Source of the DNA: Podarcis melisellensis
Lineage: Eukaryota
DNA: 59,570 nucleotides
NCBI GenBank assembly: GCA_964234715.1
Contig: OZ174276.1
Direction: 5' to 3' (one strand)
Shown: piece by piece, positions 27,080 through 35,838 of the stretch
Numbering within the stretch: the first letter of the stretch is position 1
How the letters are laid out: every line of letters begins with the position of its first letter
Made by a program: the position numbers and the translations under genes
The notes under the pieces: model-generated
What the model was told of the DNA's origin: nothing
Database searches by the model: none
The model's input: only the letters and a program-made list of their open reading frames with translations

Positions 27080-28868
27080 CCCCCAATGCGTGCTGAGACA
27101 ATGTATTGGCACTAAGAGGCTGCTGGCTTCCATACCAGGGGTTAAAATGAAAAGCAGACCAGTGGCATATGCTCTTAAATTTGCAACACCAACCAACAAC
27201 AACAAAAAGCTGCTTAATATAATCAGCATAAAGATTATGTGATGAAGTTACCTTACTCTCAAAAAATAGAGGAAACAGTGAAGCCTTTTACTAGCTGGTT
27301 TGATGCAATACATAATATGCTTTCTGGAAGAACGCTCGTCTTATTTTGACTTTCACTTGCACAATTTCTCCACACTGGTGTTAGAAAGCCATATACTTTT
27401 CTTTGTTGGAATGCCATAATTTTCTACCCAACTCCTGGTATAATGCTGTGATTGCAACTAATCAGTCAATCACTCATGCTTAGATAAGCATACTTTGGGT
27501 TTTCATTTTCCTTCTTCAAAATGATTTTGCAGTTATATAAGCTTTGGAGTATGGCTGAGTGTGAGGTTTTGCACTAAGGTGATGAGCATGTCTTTCAGCA
27601 TCCATATTGACAAAAAGCTAGGTGAATTACAAAGTTCAGGCTCTGGGATTAGCAAACGAGCATTCACGGTGTTGTTGTTTCGATTGCTTCCCAAAGCATT
27701 TCAGCAAAGCCCTTGTGTGCATTTAGCATTAGCACATCCAGGACTTTGGTGCCAAGTGATTAATTACAAAAGCAGATCTTTCCTCAGATATATCTACAAG
27801 AGATTCAAGGAGACAGTTCCTCCCTTCTCCCACCTCTCATATTGCTTTTCTCCTGTGCCTTGTAGTGAAATGTTGCAGCATCATTATTTACATTAGCTTC
27901 CACTTAGCAAGTGCCTTTTATCTAGGCACTGTGCATTGCATTTACGGTTGAGGCAAAGTTTTGTTATGCTCAAAGCAAGGCATATTATGCAGCAGTGAAT
28001 TGAATCACCAGAGGTCACAGTTTGATGCAAGGTGAGAGCCAGAAATAGACTCTGGGCTTCTGGTCTCTTCTAATCCTATTCTCTCTTGCATTGCCACTCT
28101 CACAGTTTATTTCAGGTGAGCTTAAAAATTGTTGCAGGCTTTCCATGGCACCTGAATGATGTCAAAGCAGAAAGCATGGGCGCTCATTTATATCTGATTT
28201 TGGAGGTGCTCTGAGTCTGCCTAGGCAGGCAGCCAGAATTATGAATGGAAGCAGAGAATGTCATCTGTCAGATCGATATCCATGAGAACAGACACACGTT
28301 GCTGCATTCTTGCAATTCCAAGCTCACCTAGATGCTCATATTGACACGCATAAAATGGAAAAAGAAATTCGAATCCCAAGTATCTAATTATCTAATTCCA
28401 AGTATATAAGGTGAACCTTGCATGACTTTGTGGATGGAGGCTGTCAAAGTCTATCAAGGGGCTGTGCGTTTCCCGATGGTAGACGTGCGCATGCAAATTT
28501 GCAGTGTGACCAGAATTGAAAAGCAGTTAAAGAAGGATACTGTAGAGCTGGAAATGATCAGGTGGCTGGAGCAGCTGCCTATGAGGACAGGTTACAATGA
28601 CTGAGGCTTTTTAGCTTAGAAGAAAGATGAATAATGGGGGGAAATACGATAGAGCAGAGGTGCCTAGCCTGTGACCCTCCATATATGGCTAGTCGACCAT
28701 CCATGTGAACGAAGTGTATAGAATTATGCATGATGCAAAGAAAGTGGCTAGTCAGAACTAGGAAATCTTTAGCAGTTCCTGAAAATCACGTCCTGTTTAC
28801 ATATTTCCCAAAGGGATCTTCTTGGCCACTGTGAGAATAGAATGCTGGACTGGATGGGACTTGGGGCT

Positions 28869-29643
28869 GAGAGCCAGTGTGGTGTAGAGGTTAAAGAGCG
28901 GTAGTCTTGTAATCTGGTGAACAGGGTTCGCGTCCCCGCTCCTCCACATGCTACTGCTGGGTGACCTTGGGCTAGTCACACTTCTCTGAAGTCTCTCAGC
29001 CTCACTCACCACACAGAGTATTTGTTGTGGGGGAGGAAGGGAAAGGAGAATGTTAGCCGCTTTGAGACTCCTTTGTTGTTGTTTAGTTGTTTAGTCGTGT
29101 CCGACTCTTCGTGACCCCATGGACCAGAGCATGCCATGCACTCCTGTCTTCCACTGCCTCCCGCAGTTTGGTCAAACTCATGCTGGTAGCTTCAAGAACA
29201 CTGTCCAACCATCTCGTCCTCTGTCGTCCCCTTCTCCTTGTGCCCTCAATCTTTCCCAACATCAGGGTCTTTTTCAGGGAGTCTTCTTTTCTCATGAGGC
29301 AGCCAAAGTATTGGAGCCTCAGCTTCAGGATCTGTCCTTCCAGTGAGCACTTAGGGCTGATGTCCTTAAGAATGAATAGGTTTGATCTTCTTGCAGTCCA
29401 TGGGACTCTCAAGAGTCTCCTCCAGCACCATAATTCAAAAGCATCAATTCTTCGGCAATCTGCCTTCTTTATGGTCCAGCTCTCACTTCCATACATCACT
29501 ACTGGGAGAACCATAGCTTTAACTATACAGACCTTTGTTGGGAAGGTGATGTCTCTACTTTTTAAGATGCTGTCTAGGTTTGTCATTGCTTTTCTCCCAA
29601 GATTGAGACTCCTTAGGGTAGTGATAAAGTGGGATATCAAATT
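28869..29643 (+). mobile_element. Squam3-type SINE split by a BovB insertion
   Basis: 5' part at 28869-29073; the 3' part resumes at 29603 after the duplicated TTGAGACTCCTT. Confidence 0.88.
29074..29602 (-). mobile_element. BovB (RTE) LINE 3' fragment
   Basis: Encodes the BovB C-terminus (RIDAFELWCWRRLLRVPWTARRSN...EDRSAWHALVHGVTKSRTRL); (CAA)n tail; 12-bp TSD TTGAGACTCCTT (29062-29073 / 29603-29614). Confidence 0.95.
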
Positions 29644-30169
29644 TCTCTCTCATAATACTGCAACCCAGTTTCATCTGATGATGCTGAATGTTGGGAGATT
29701 CGGGCCAGAAATATCGCATAGTTCAACTAGGGAATTTGGTCCCACAAGGGTTAGTGATGGATGCTTTCCAAGATGATTAGACAAATCCATACAGGATAGT
29801 GGCTATGTCCTACCTCCAGAGTTGGAGGCAGTATGTCTCTGAGTCCAAAAGTTCATCCGTACCCAGAGTTCTTTTGTCTATCCCTGGGTGATGTTCCTTG
29901 CTACATCATCTATTTTGAATTGATCTTTATTACGGCCATTGGCCCGTCACACAACAGTTTCCCATACCACCATAATGTACTTGAACCTCCAAATTTAAAA
30001 CCGCCAAAACTTACAAAAAAAAAAAAAACAGACAAGAACCAAGCAAAACAAAAACAAAAGACCAACATCATACATTACAACAAATTTGTAGCATAAACAT
30101 CGCCCTCTGCTCATAAATTGATAGAAGACATCAATGGTGATATCACCTAATTACATCCTAAAGCATAGA

Positions 30170-33100
30170 TCATGGTTTAAAGGGATTATCCGAGCCACAC
30201 AGGAGTCCGTTTCTCTTCTTTAGGGATAGGACGCTGATCAAGAATCTGGCAACCATGAGTGATCTTAGGGGGTCATCATCATTTAATAGATATCTCAATT
30301 TGGCTTCAGTCGTATCATCGGCAATTCCCTTAAGATATTGAGCAAGAAACTTGCTCCTGGCCGATAAGTGAAAAGCACAATCAAGAATTATGTGATGCAA
30401 CGATTCTGGTGCCCCACAATTACAATCACATAAGAGCGATATCTGTCCATTGGAGAATCTATTTCTCAGCACGTTCGATGGGAAGGTGTTGAATCTTGCC
30501 TTTACAAAGGCATATCTATGAGCTGAGGAAGTTAAAGAATTCAAATAGTTTGGGAGCCTTAAGAGGGGTAATAAACCAAGATTTAGAGGTGAGCAGGTAC
30601 CATTGCCCAAGATCATTTTCTGCTGCAAGTCCATCTCCTCTAGCTTACAGGTTACTGTTCTTTTAGCTGGAACTATATCCTGCTCTAGTAATTTGGATGG
30701 GGAGATTCCCATTGCCATTATTTTCAGCTGTAATTTTTTTACCCATGGGCTCTGGAAATCATCTCTCCACATACATTGTATCAAGTACAAGTTTGGGAGA
30801 TTGTGCCATAGAGATAACCAGTGACAAAGTATGTGCTTCCACAGAGCATTTTCCAGGGATACAATATTAAGTTCCATGCGTAACGCTGTATTACTTACAC
30901 AGTTGGGCAGTTTCAATATCCCTCTTAAAAACTGATTTTGAATGACCTCCAGGTGAGATAGGTTGGCAAAAGTCCCCCAAATTGAGATGGCATAAGCAAT
31001 CGTCGGGATCACCTTGGCCTTGAAGACTTTCAACGCCGATGGGATATGAAGGGCCCCATCGGTGAAGAAGAATCGCAAGATCGCCAAGGAGATAGATTTG
31101 GCTCTATTTGTAACATAGGCTACATGGGCCTTCCATCTGAGGTTATGTTGTAACCAGACTCCCAAATATTGGAATCTATAGACTTGTTCGATGACTCTCC
31201 CATCAATTCTCCAATTATGGAGTTTCCGGCTCTTTGAGAAAATCAGGATCTTAGATTTTCCATAATTAATTGTAAGGGAATTTGCGTGACAGTATGATCC
31301 AAAAATTTTTAGGGCCCTCCTGAGACCTACTCTAGAAAAAGAAAGAATGACTGCGTCATCCGCATATAGTAACAAGGGGCAGCGATAAAGTGCTAGGCGG
31401 GGTGCATGAATCCTTTCTTGGGCCTCTATCAGGGGAGTCCTCATGTCACTTATGAACAAATTGAACAGGAGTGGAGCCAATATACAACCCTGTCGGACAC
31501 CTCTGTTAATGGGAATTGAATTCGTGAGATCACCCTCCGGGGTGAATCTCACTCTGGCCGCTGAGTTCTCATGGAGTTTGATTATTAGCCAGAGAAGCCT
31601 TCTGTCGATGCCCCAGCGGGTGAGTTTTTCCCAGAGGATGCTCCTGGGGATACTATCGAATGCTGCCTTCAGGTCAATGAATGCCACACAGAGTTGGCCA
31701 CCTTTTGGGGTGGAATATTTCCAGGCAAGATGCTGTAAAATTAGAATATGATTAATTGTTGACTGTTTTGGGCGGAATCCGGCTTGTTCGGGCCCAATTA
31801 ATTTTTTCTCTTCGGCCCATTGGATTAGTCTGTTCAACAGGGAGCGGGCATACAGTTTCCCCACTATTGAGAGCAGGCTGATGTTCCTGTAGTTCCCCGG
31901 GTCATCTGGTGAGCCCTTTTTGTGGATTGGAACGATAACAGCGTCCTTCCATACTTCCGGAATCATTCCAGAGTTGTTAACTGCATCGAAGATGTTCGCC
32001 AGGACCTTGGCCCACCAGTCTGCGTGGTATTTTATAGCTTCTGCTGGGATCAGGTCTGGCCCAGGCGCTTTCCCTGTTTTAAGGTTGACGATCAGGTCAT
32101 GGATGTCTTCCGGATCGGTAGGGGGCCAGAGGGGAAGCTGATCTTGAAATTCGTCTCTTGTGTTGACGATACAGTCAGTTGTGGCAAAGTAATTTTTTAA
32201 ATAAGATTCCCAAACTGGGGCGGGAATAATAGTTAAAGGGTATCTTTTAGTTCTTTTATTTACCAGGAGCCAAAATTGTCTGGTGTTCCGTGATGATGAG
32301 GCTTCTATAATTGCCCGCCATTGATTCGCTTGCCATTCCAGTCTGGCACCCTTTTGAATTTGCTTGTAGGCCGATTTTGCTTGGAAATATTCTTTTGGCA
32401 AGACCGTTGCCCCAGAGGCTTTATACTCTTTGTAGATGTTACCAAGAAGTTGTCTAGCCTGTTTACAAGCACTGTTGAACCACAATGCACCTGTCTTCCT
32501 TTGTGTTCGATTTATTATATGCATCGGGACAGAGAAAAAAGACGTTAGATCTTCCGACAGATTCGAGAATAGTCTTAGGGTTTGGTCGTAATCATGATAA
32601 TCCTCAATTAATCCTGAATATGCTTGTTTTAGTCCTTGTTGTAAATATGCTGAGAATTTTTGAGCATGAAGTTCGGACCATTTTACACTTTTGACTTGCA
32701 GTACTGGGTTCGTAACCAAATGTGTTGGATGTCTGTCTCCATCTGGGGTCCAGTCTATAGTCATTGTGGCGACCAACGGTAGGTGGTCGCTCAGTTGAAT
32801 ATTTTCAACTTTAAAATGGGAAAATTTGGGGAATATATCATGAGATACCAGCATATAATCCAGGACACTGTTTGCAGAGGGGCTTATGTATGTGAACTCA
32901 CCCGGTATGTCAGGTGGGCAGTTCCCGTTTAGAATCACTAAGTTTAGACGTAGTACCAATTGGTAAAGAAGGGTTCCTGCTTCATTTACCCTTCCGTCTT
33001 TGGAGAGTCTTTGATTGTGGAGGGAGAGGTCATTAATGAATTCAGGGGTTATCCACCATTTGGCTTTGGTTAAGGACTCCCAGTTTGTTGCAATGCGAGC

Positions 33101-33565
33101 ATTGAAATCCCCTGCTATAACATTGGGTATATTGGGGTGTTTGGAGTGACAAAGAATAAGATGTTCCTCCAGGATTCCCCATTTATTGTATAAGTCAGCA
33201 ATGTTGCCTCCAGGAGGAAGATAAACATTTGTTATAGCAAGTTCGAAGTTTTTCCCCGTAATCAGGGCTGTAATTGCAAGGGTGGAAGCATTTACAAGCG
33301 TGAGTTTTGCCCGTATTTTCAAGGAAATTGCTATGACTAATCCTCCACTAGGCCGGCCTCCTTTAGTGGACGGGCATGCTGGTAATGATATAGCATCAAA
33401 CCCATTAATATTTACTCTCCCCTCTTCCCATGTTTCCTGCAGGAGAATTACTTGGTGTGAGTTTATTAGTTTTACAAAGTCTGGGTCGAATTTTTTCCCC
33501 TTCCAACCTGCTATGTTCCAGCTTAAAAGGGAGAACGGGGGAGAGTTTGGCTGAGGTTTGGGTAG
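30170..33565 (-). CDS. LINE ORF2: APE endonuclease, reverse transcriptase and C-terminal CCHC motif (1131 codons stop-to-stop, no initiator AUG)
   Basis: The frame is open from the codon right after the ORF1 TGA (LPKPQPNSPPFSLLSWNIAGWKGKK...ILLQETW), 81 codons upstream of the TTG used by the ORF track. EN motifs: WNI, QETW, VYLPP, GDFNAR, LDY, SDHLP. RT motifs: KAPGPD, NYRNISLL, QAGFR, FIDLKAAFDS, GVRQGC, YADD, YLG. Confidence 0.95.
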   Translation of the reverse strand, partial: LPKPQPNSPPFSLLSWNIAGWKGKKFDPDFVKLINSHQVILLQETWEEGRVNINGFDAISLPACPSTKGGRPSGGLVIAISLKIRAKLTLVNASTLAITALITGKNFELAITNVYLPPGGNIADLYNKWGILEEHLILCHSKHPNIPNVIAGDFNARIATNWESLTKAKWWITPEFINDLSLHNQRLSKDGRVNEAGTLLYQLVLRLNLVILNGNCPPDIPGEFTYISPSANSVLDYMLVSHDIFPKFSHFKVENIQLSDHLPLVATMTIDWTPDGDRHPTHLVTNPVLQVKSVKWSELHAQKFSAYLQQGLKQAYSGLIEDYHDYDQTLRLFSNLSEDLTSFFSVPMHIINRTQRKTGALWFNSACKQARQLLGNIYKEYKASGATVLPKEYFQAKSAYKQIQKGARLEWQANQWRAIIEASSSRNTRQFWLLVNKRTKRYPLTIIPAPVWESYLKNYFATTDCIVNTRDEFQDQLPLWPPTDPEDIHDLIVNLKTGKAPGPDLIPAEAIKYHADWWAKVLANIFDAVNNSGMIPEVWKDAVIVPIHKKGSPDDPGNYRNISLLSIVGKLYARSLLNRLIQWAEEKKLIGPEQAGFRPKQSTINHILILQHLAWKYSTPKGGQLCVAFIDLKAAFDSIPRSILWEKLTRWGIDRRLLWLIIKLHENSAARVRFTPEGDLTNSIPINRGVRQGCILAPLLFNLFISDMRTPLIEAQERIHAPRLALYRCPLLLYADDAVILSFSRVGLRRALKIFGSYCHANSLTINYGKSKILIFSKSRKLHNWRIDGRVIEQVYRFQYLGVWLQHNLRWKAHVAYVTNRAKSISLAILRFFFTDGALHIPSALKVFKAKVIPTIAYAISIWGTFANLSHLEVIQNQFLRGILKLPNCVSNTALRMELNIVSLENALWKHILCHWLSLWHNLPNLYLIQCMWRDDFQSPWVKKLQLKIMAMGISPSKLLEQDIVPAKRTVTCKLEEMDLQQKMILGNGTCSPLNLGLLPLLRLPNYLNSLTSSAHRYAFVKARFNTFPSNVLRNRFSNGQISLLCDCNCGAPESLHHIILDCAFHLSARSKFLAQYLKGIADDTTEAKLRYLLNDDDPLRSLMVARFLISVLSLKKRNGLLCGSDNPFKP

Positions 33566-35311
33566 TCACAATGGAGAAGGGGGGAACGCTGATCTTGGTG
33601 GGTTGTCAAATTTAAAGAAGTCAGTAATTTTCCTTTGACTAATGGTAGATGACTTCTCTCCTTTTGGCGCAGGTGTGCCTCTTGAGCTATTGTGAATATA
33701 GATAATATTTGATGTTTTTAGCTGTCGGGCCCAACTAGGCCCTGAAGAGGCTCCTGCCAAGTCCGCTGGAGCTGTCCTCTTTGGGGATCTAACCGATCCA
33801 TTTGTGATCATTTGGTTTATATGTCCTGCTGGGTCTTCAGTCCACTCTGTGGTGACTCGCGGCACTGTGGTGTCTTCCTCACATGATTGTTGGATTTTTG
33901 GTGGAGAAGCCTTACTTGAGGTGGCCACTACCGTCTCAGGACGTGGATGGTCTTCGATGTATGTTGATTCCAAGTCCGGCATGGAGGGGTGAAGGGACAA
34001 CGATTTATCCAGGGGGGTGTTATCCTGAGTTCCATTCTTGGATCGGTTAATCACAGAGGGAACAGATAAGTCTATTAAAAGCAGGGATGAGTTACCAGCG
34101 TGAAGGGGAGGAGAAGAGTCTGCCTCCAGCAGTGGGACCTTCCCATCTACTGCAGAGGGCACCTTATATGCTGGGTATTGGGGAATTGTTGTTTCCATCT
34201 CCATGGGGCATGGCACCGCTAAATTAGAGTGGGTATCGTTCGTAGGAACTCCGTTGCAGGCGATCCTTAGGAGCTGAAGTTTAAGTAAATCCAGCCTATT
34301 TATAATATCTTGTTGTTCCATCGCTGGTAACTCTCCAAAGGAGGCGATGAGCTCTCTTTCCTCCTGGGGTGTCAAAGAGTTACTGGCACACTCGTAGTGT
34401 TTGGTTGTAGGAGTGGAGTTACTATGAGACTGGCCCAGACATGGAGTGTACAGCTCAGCCCTCTTTTGTGGTTCAGGGCGGGAGGGTTGTACCGTCTCCT
34501 TGGTTAATCCCTCTGATAGGAGGGGTCTAATTTTGGAATCCATGAAAACTCTCGTTGGAAAAATACCAAGATTATTCAAAAAAACTTTTTGCTTAATAAT
34601 AAGAGAGGGGATTTTTGCAGAGTAGAAAGCCAGCATCACTCTCTGATATCTGTTCTGGCTAACTAAGGGAAGCACAGCACAAAGATCTATTTGTGATGCC
34701 TCGAGTTTTAGAAGCCATCTGAGGTGCTCTTTAGTCCCATGTAGCGTTGTCCAACTTAGGTCCCTTCCCCGGAAGGTTAGGGAAATCTTCCTTGGATGTA
34801 GAATCAGGGATTGGCGATTCAGTGCGGGGTTGAGATTGTATTTGCAGTTCTTCATACAATCGGTGTTTGGTGGAGCTTTCTGCCGGCGCAATGGAACATC
34901 TACTGCCCCCTCTTGGGCTGTCTGTGCCGGCTGGTGATCCAGTTTTTGCTGAAGACTATGCAGCTGAGAGGATAGGCCATCAATTTTCTTAAATATACAG
35001 TTTAGAGTTCTAATTATTAGATGGAGTTGCTCGCATCCTGTGCAGTCCGATTCGGCTACCAATTCCTCCTTTGGATAGGGACCATCCCCATTTGTGTTAC
35101 CATTAGCGTTTCCAATTTGTAACGTCTCAGGGGCCTCATCTTCTGATGTTGTTTCAAGGGCAGTTAGAGGATCGAAACGTTTTTGAGTTGCTATTGAGTA
35201 GGTACATTCTTTGGGGCCTCTCCCTCCTTTAGGTGAACCCTTCCTTAATTGCTTAGGCCTTGGAGAGGATAATGCCTCGTCAGAGTCTCTTGGACGTTTT
35301 CCATGGCCCAT
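33566..35311 (-). CDS. LINE ORF1 protein (581 aa): basic N-terminus, coiled coil, central putative RRM-like domain, disordered tail with PIP box
   Basis: Uninterrupted ATG..TGA ORF upstream of the EN-RT. Contains a KRFDPL motif, a heptad-like stretch LHLIIRTLNCIFKKIDGLSSQLHSLQQKL, and C-terminal QRKITDFF. Domain calls are inference. Confidence 0.85.
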   Translation of the reverse strand: MGHGKRPRDSDEALSSPRPKQLRKGSPKGGRGPKECTYSIATQKRFDPLTALETTSEDEAPETLQIGNANGNTNGDGPYPKEELVAESDCTGCEQLHLIIRTLNCIFKKIDGLSSQLHSLQQKLDHQPAQTAQEGAVDVPLRRQKAPPNTDCMKNCKYNLNPALNRQSLILHPRKISLTFRGRDLSWTTLHGTKEHLRWLLKLEASQIDLCAVLPLVSQNRYQRVMLAFYSAKIPSLIIKQKVFLNNLGIFPTRVFMDSKIRPLLSEGLTKETVQPSRPEPQKRAELYTPCLGQSHSNSTPTTKHYECASNSLTPQEERELIASFGELPAMEQQDIINRLDLLKLQLLRIACNGVPTNDTHSNLAVPCPMEMETTIPQYPAYKVPSAVDGKVPLLEADSSPPLHAGNSSLLLIDLSVPSVINRSKNGTQDNTPLDKSLSLHPSMPDLESTYIEDHPRPETVVATSSKASPPKIQQSCEEDTTVPRVTTEWTEDPAGHINQMITNGSVRSPKRTAPADLAGASSGPSWARQLKTSNIIYIHNSSRGTPAPKGEKSSTISQRKITDFFKFDNPPRSAFPPSPL

Positions 35312-35825
35312 AAATCAATTTTGCAGGAGCTGGGGAGCTCCTTAAATCCTTTAGTCTTCCTCACAAGAATACTACCACTTCCAGGAGAGTGGTGCCATAA
35401 AATTACTCACAGTAAGGCAGTCAGTTCAAGCCTCTTCCTTCCCCTTTTCCTTGTTCCTAGGATTTTTGAGACAGCTCGGTTCCAGCAGTCGGGCAAAATT
35501 CACTTCGTAGTGTGCAATAAACTAAAAGCTAAAGGAAAGAGCTGGTCGACAGGGCAGAGGATTTATGCCCAGGAGAACCTTTCACTTATCTCTTCCAGTT
35601 AGGGAGGCGGCGGCAGCCGTGGCGGCAAGTCCGGGCGTCGGAGCCACCCAGATAAAAAGAAAACAAAGATAAAACAAGTAGCGGGATACTAAAAGATACT
35701 AAAAGACAGCCAGCACAGCCAGCAGATCATTAAAACTCACGGATAAAAACAAGGGAGGATAAAAACCGCATAAAACCACTTAAAACTTTGATAAGAGTAA
35801 GCGAAATTACTCGGAGACTACCTTC

Positions 35826-35838
35826 GCCGCCATGTTGG
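35826..35838 (-). promoter_or_regulatory. YY1-type motif (CCAACATGGCGGC) at +11..+23 of the LINE 5'UTR; probable internal Pol II promoter
   Basis: Matches the YY1 consensus CAANATGGCGGC. Position relative to the TSD-defined 5' end parallels the YY1 site of mammalian L1. A CpG-rich stretch lies at about 35600-35645. Confidence 0.6.

Larger units (their letters stand above)
28530..29850 (+). mobile_element. Old CR1 fragment hosting nested Squam3 and BovB insertions
   Basis: CR1-like segments at about 28530-28750 (GGCTTTTTAGCTTAGAAGAAAG..GTGTATAGAATTATGCATG) continue at about 29645-29850. Confidence 0.6.

Noticed and set aside
29087-29776. 229-aa + strand ORF (also 12802-13037)
   Set aside because: Antisense shadow of BovB coding sequence.
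33320-33322. ORF-track start of the 1050-aa ORF2 (MKIRAK...)
   Set aside because: It is a TTG inside the endonuclease domain. The frame is open 81 codons further upstream and includes the WNI and QETW motifs.
33566-33568. UGA as a selenocysteine codon
   Set aside because: It lies in a P/S-rich linker rather than at a catalytic Cys position, and I see no convincing SECIS in the 3'UTR. Generic readthrough fits better.
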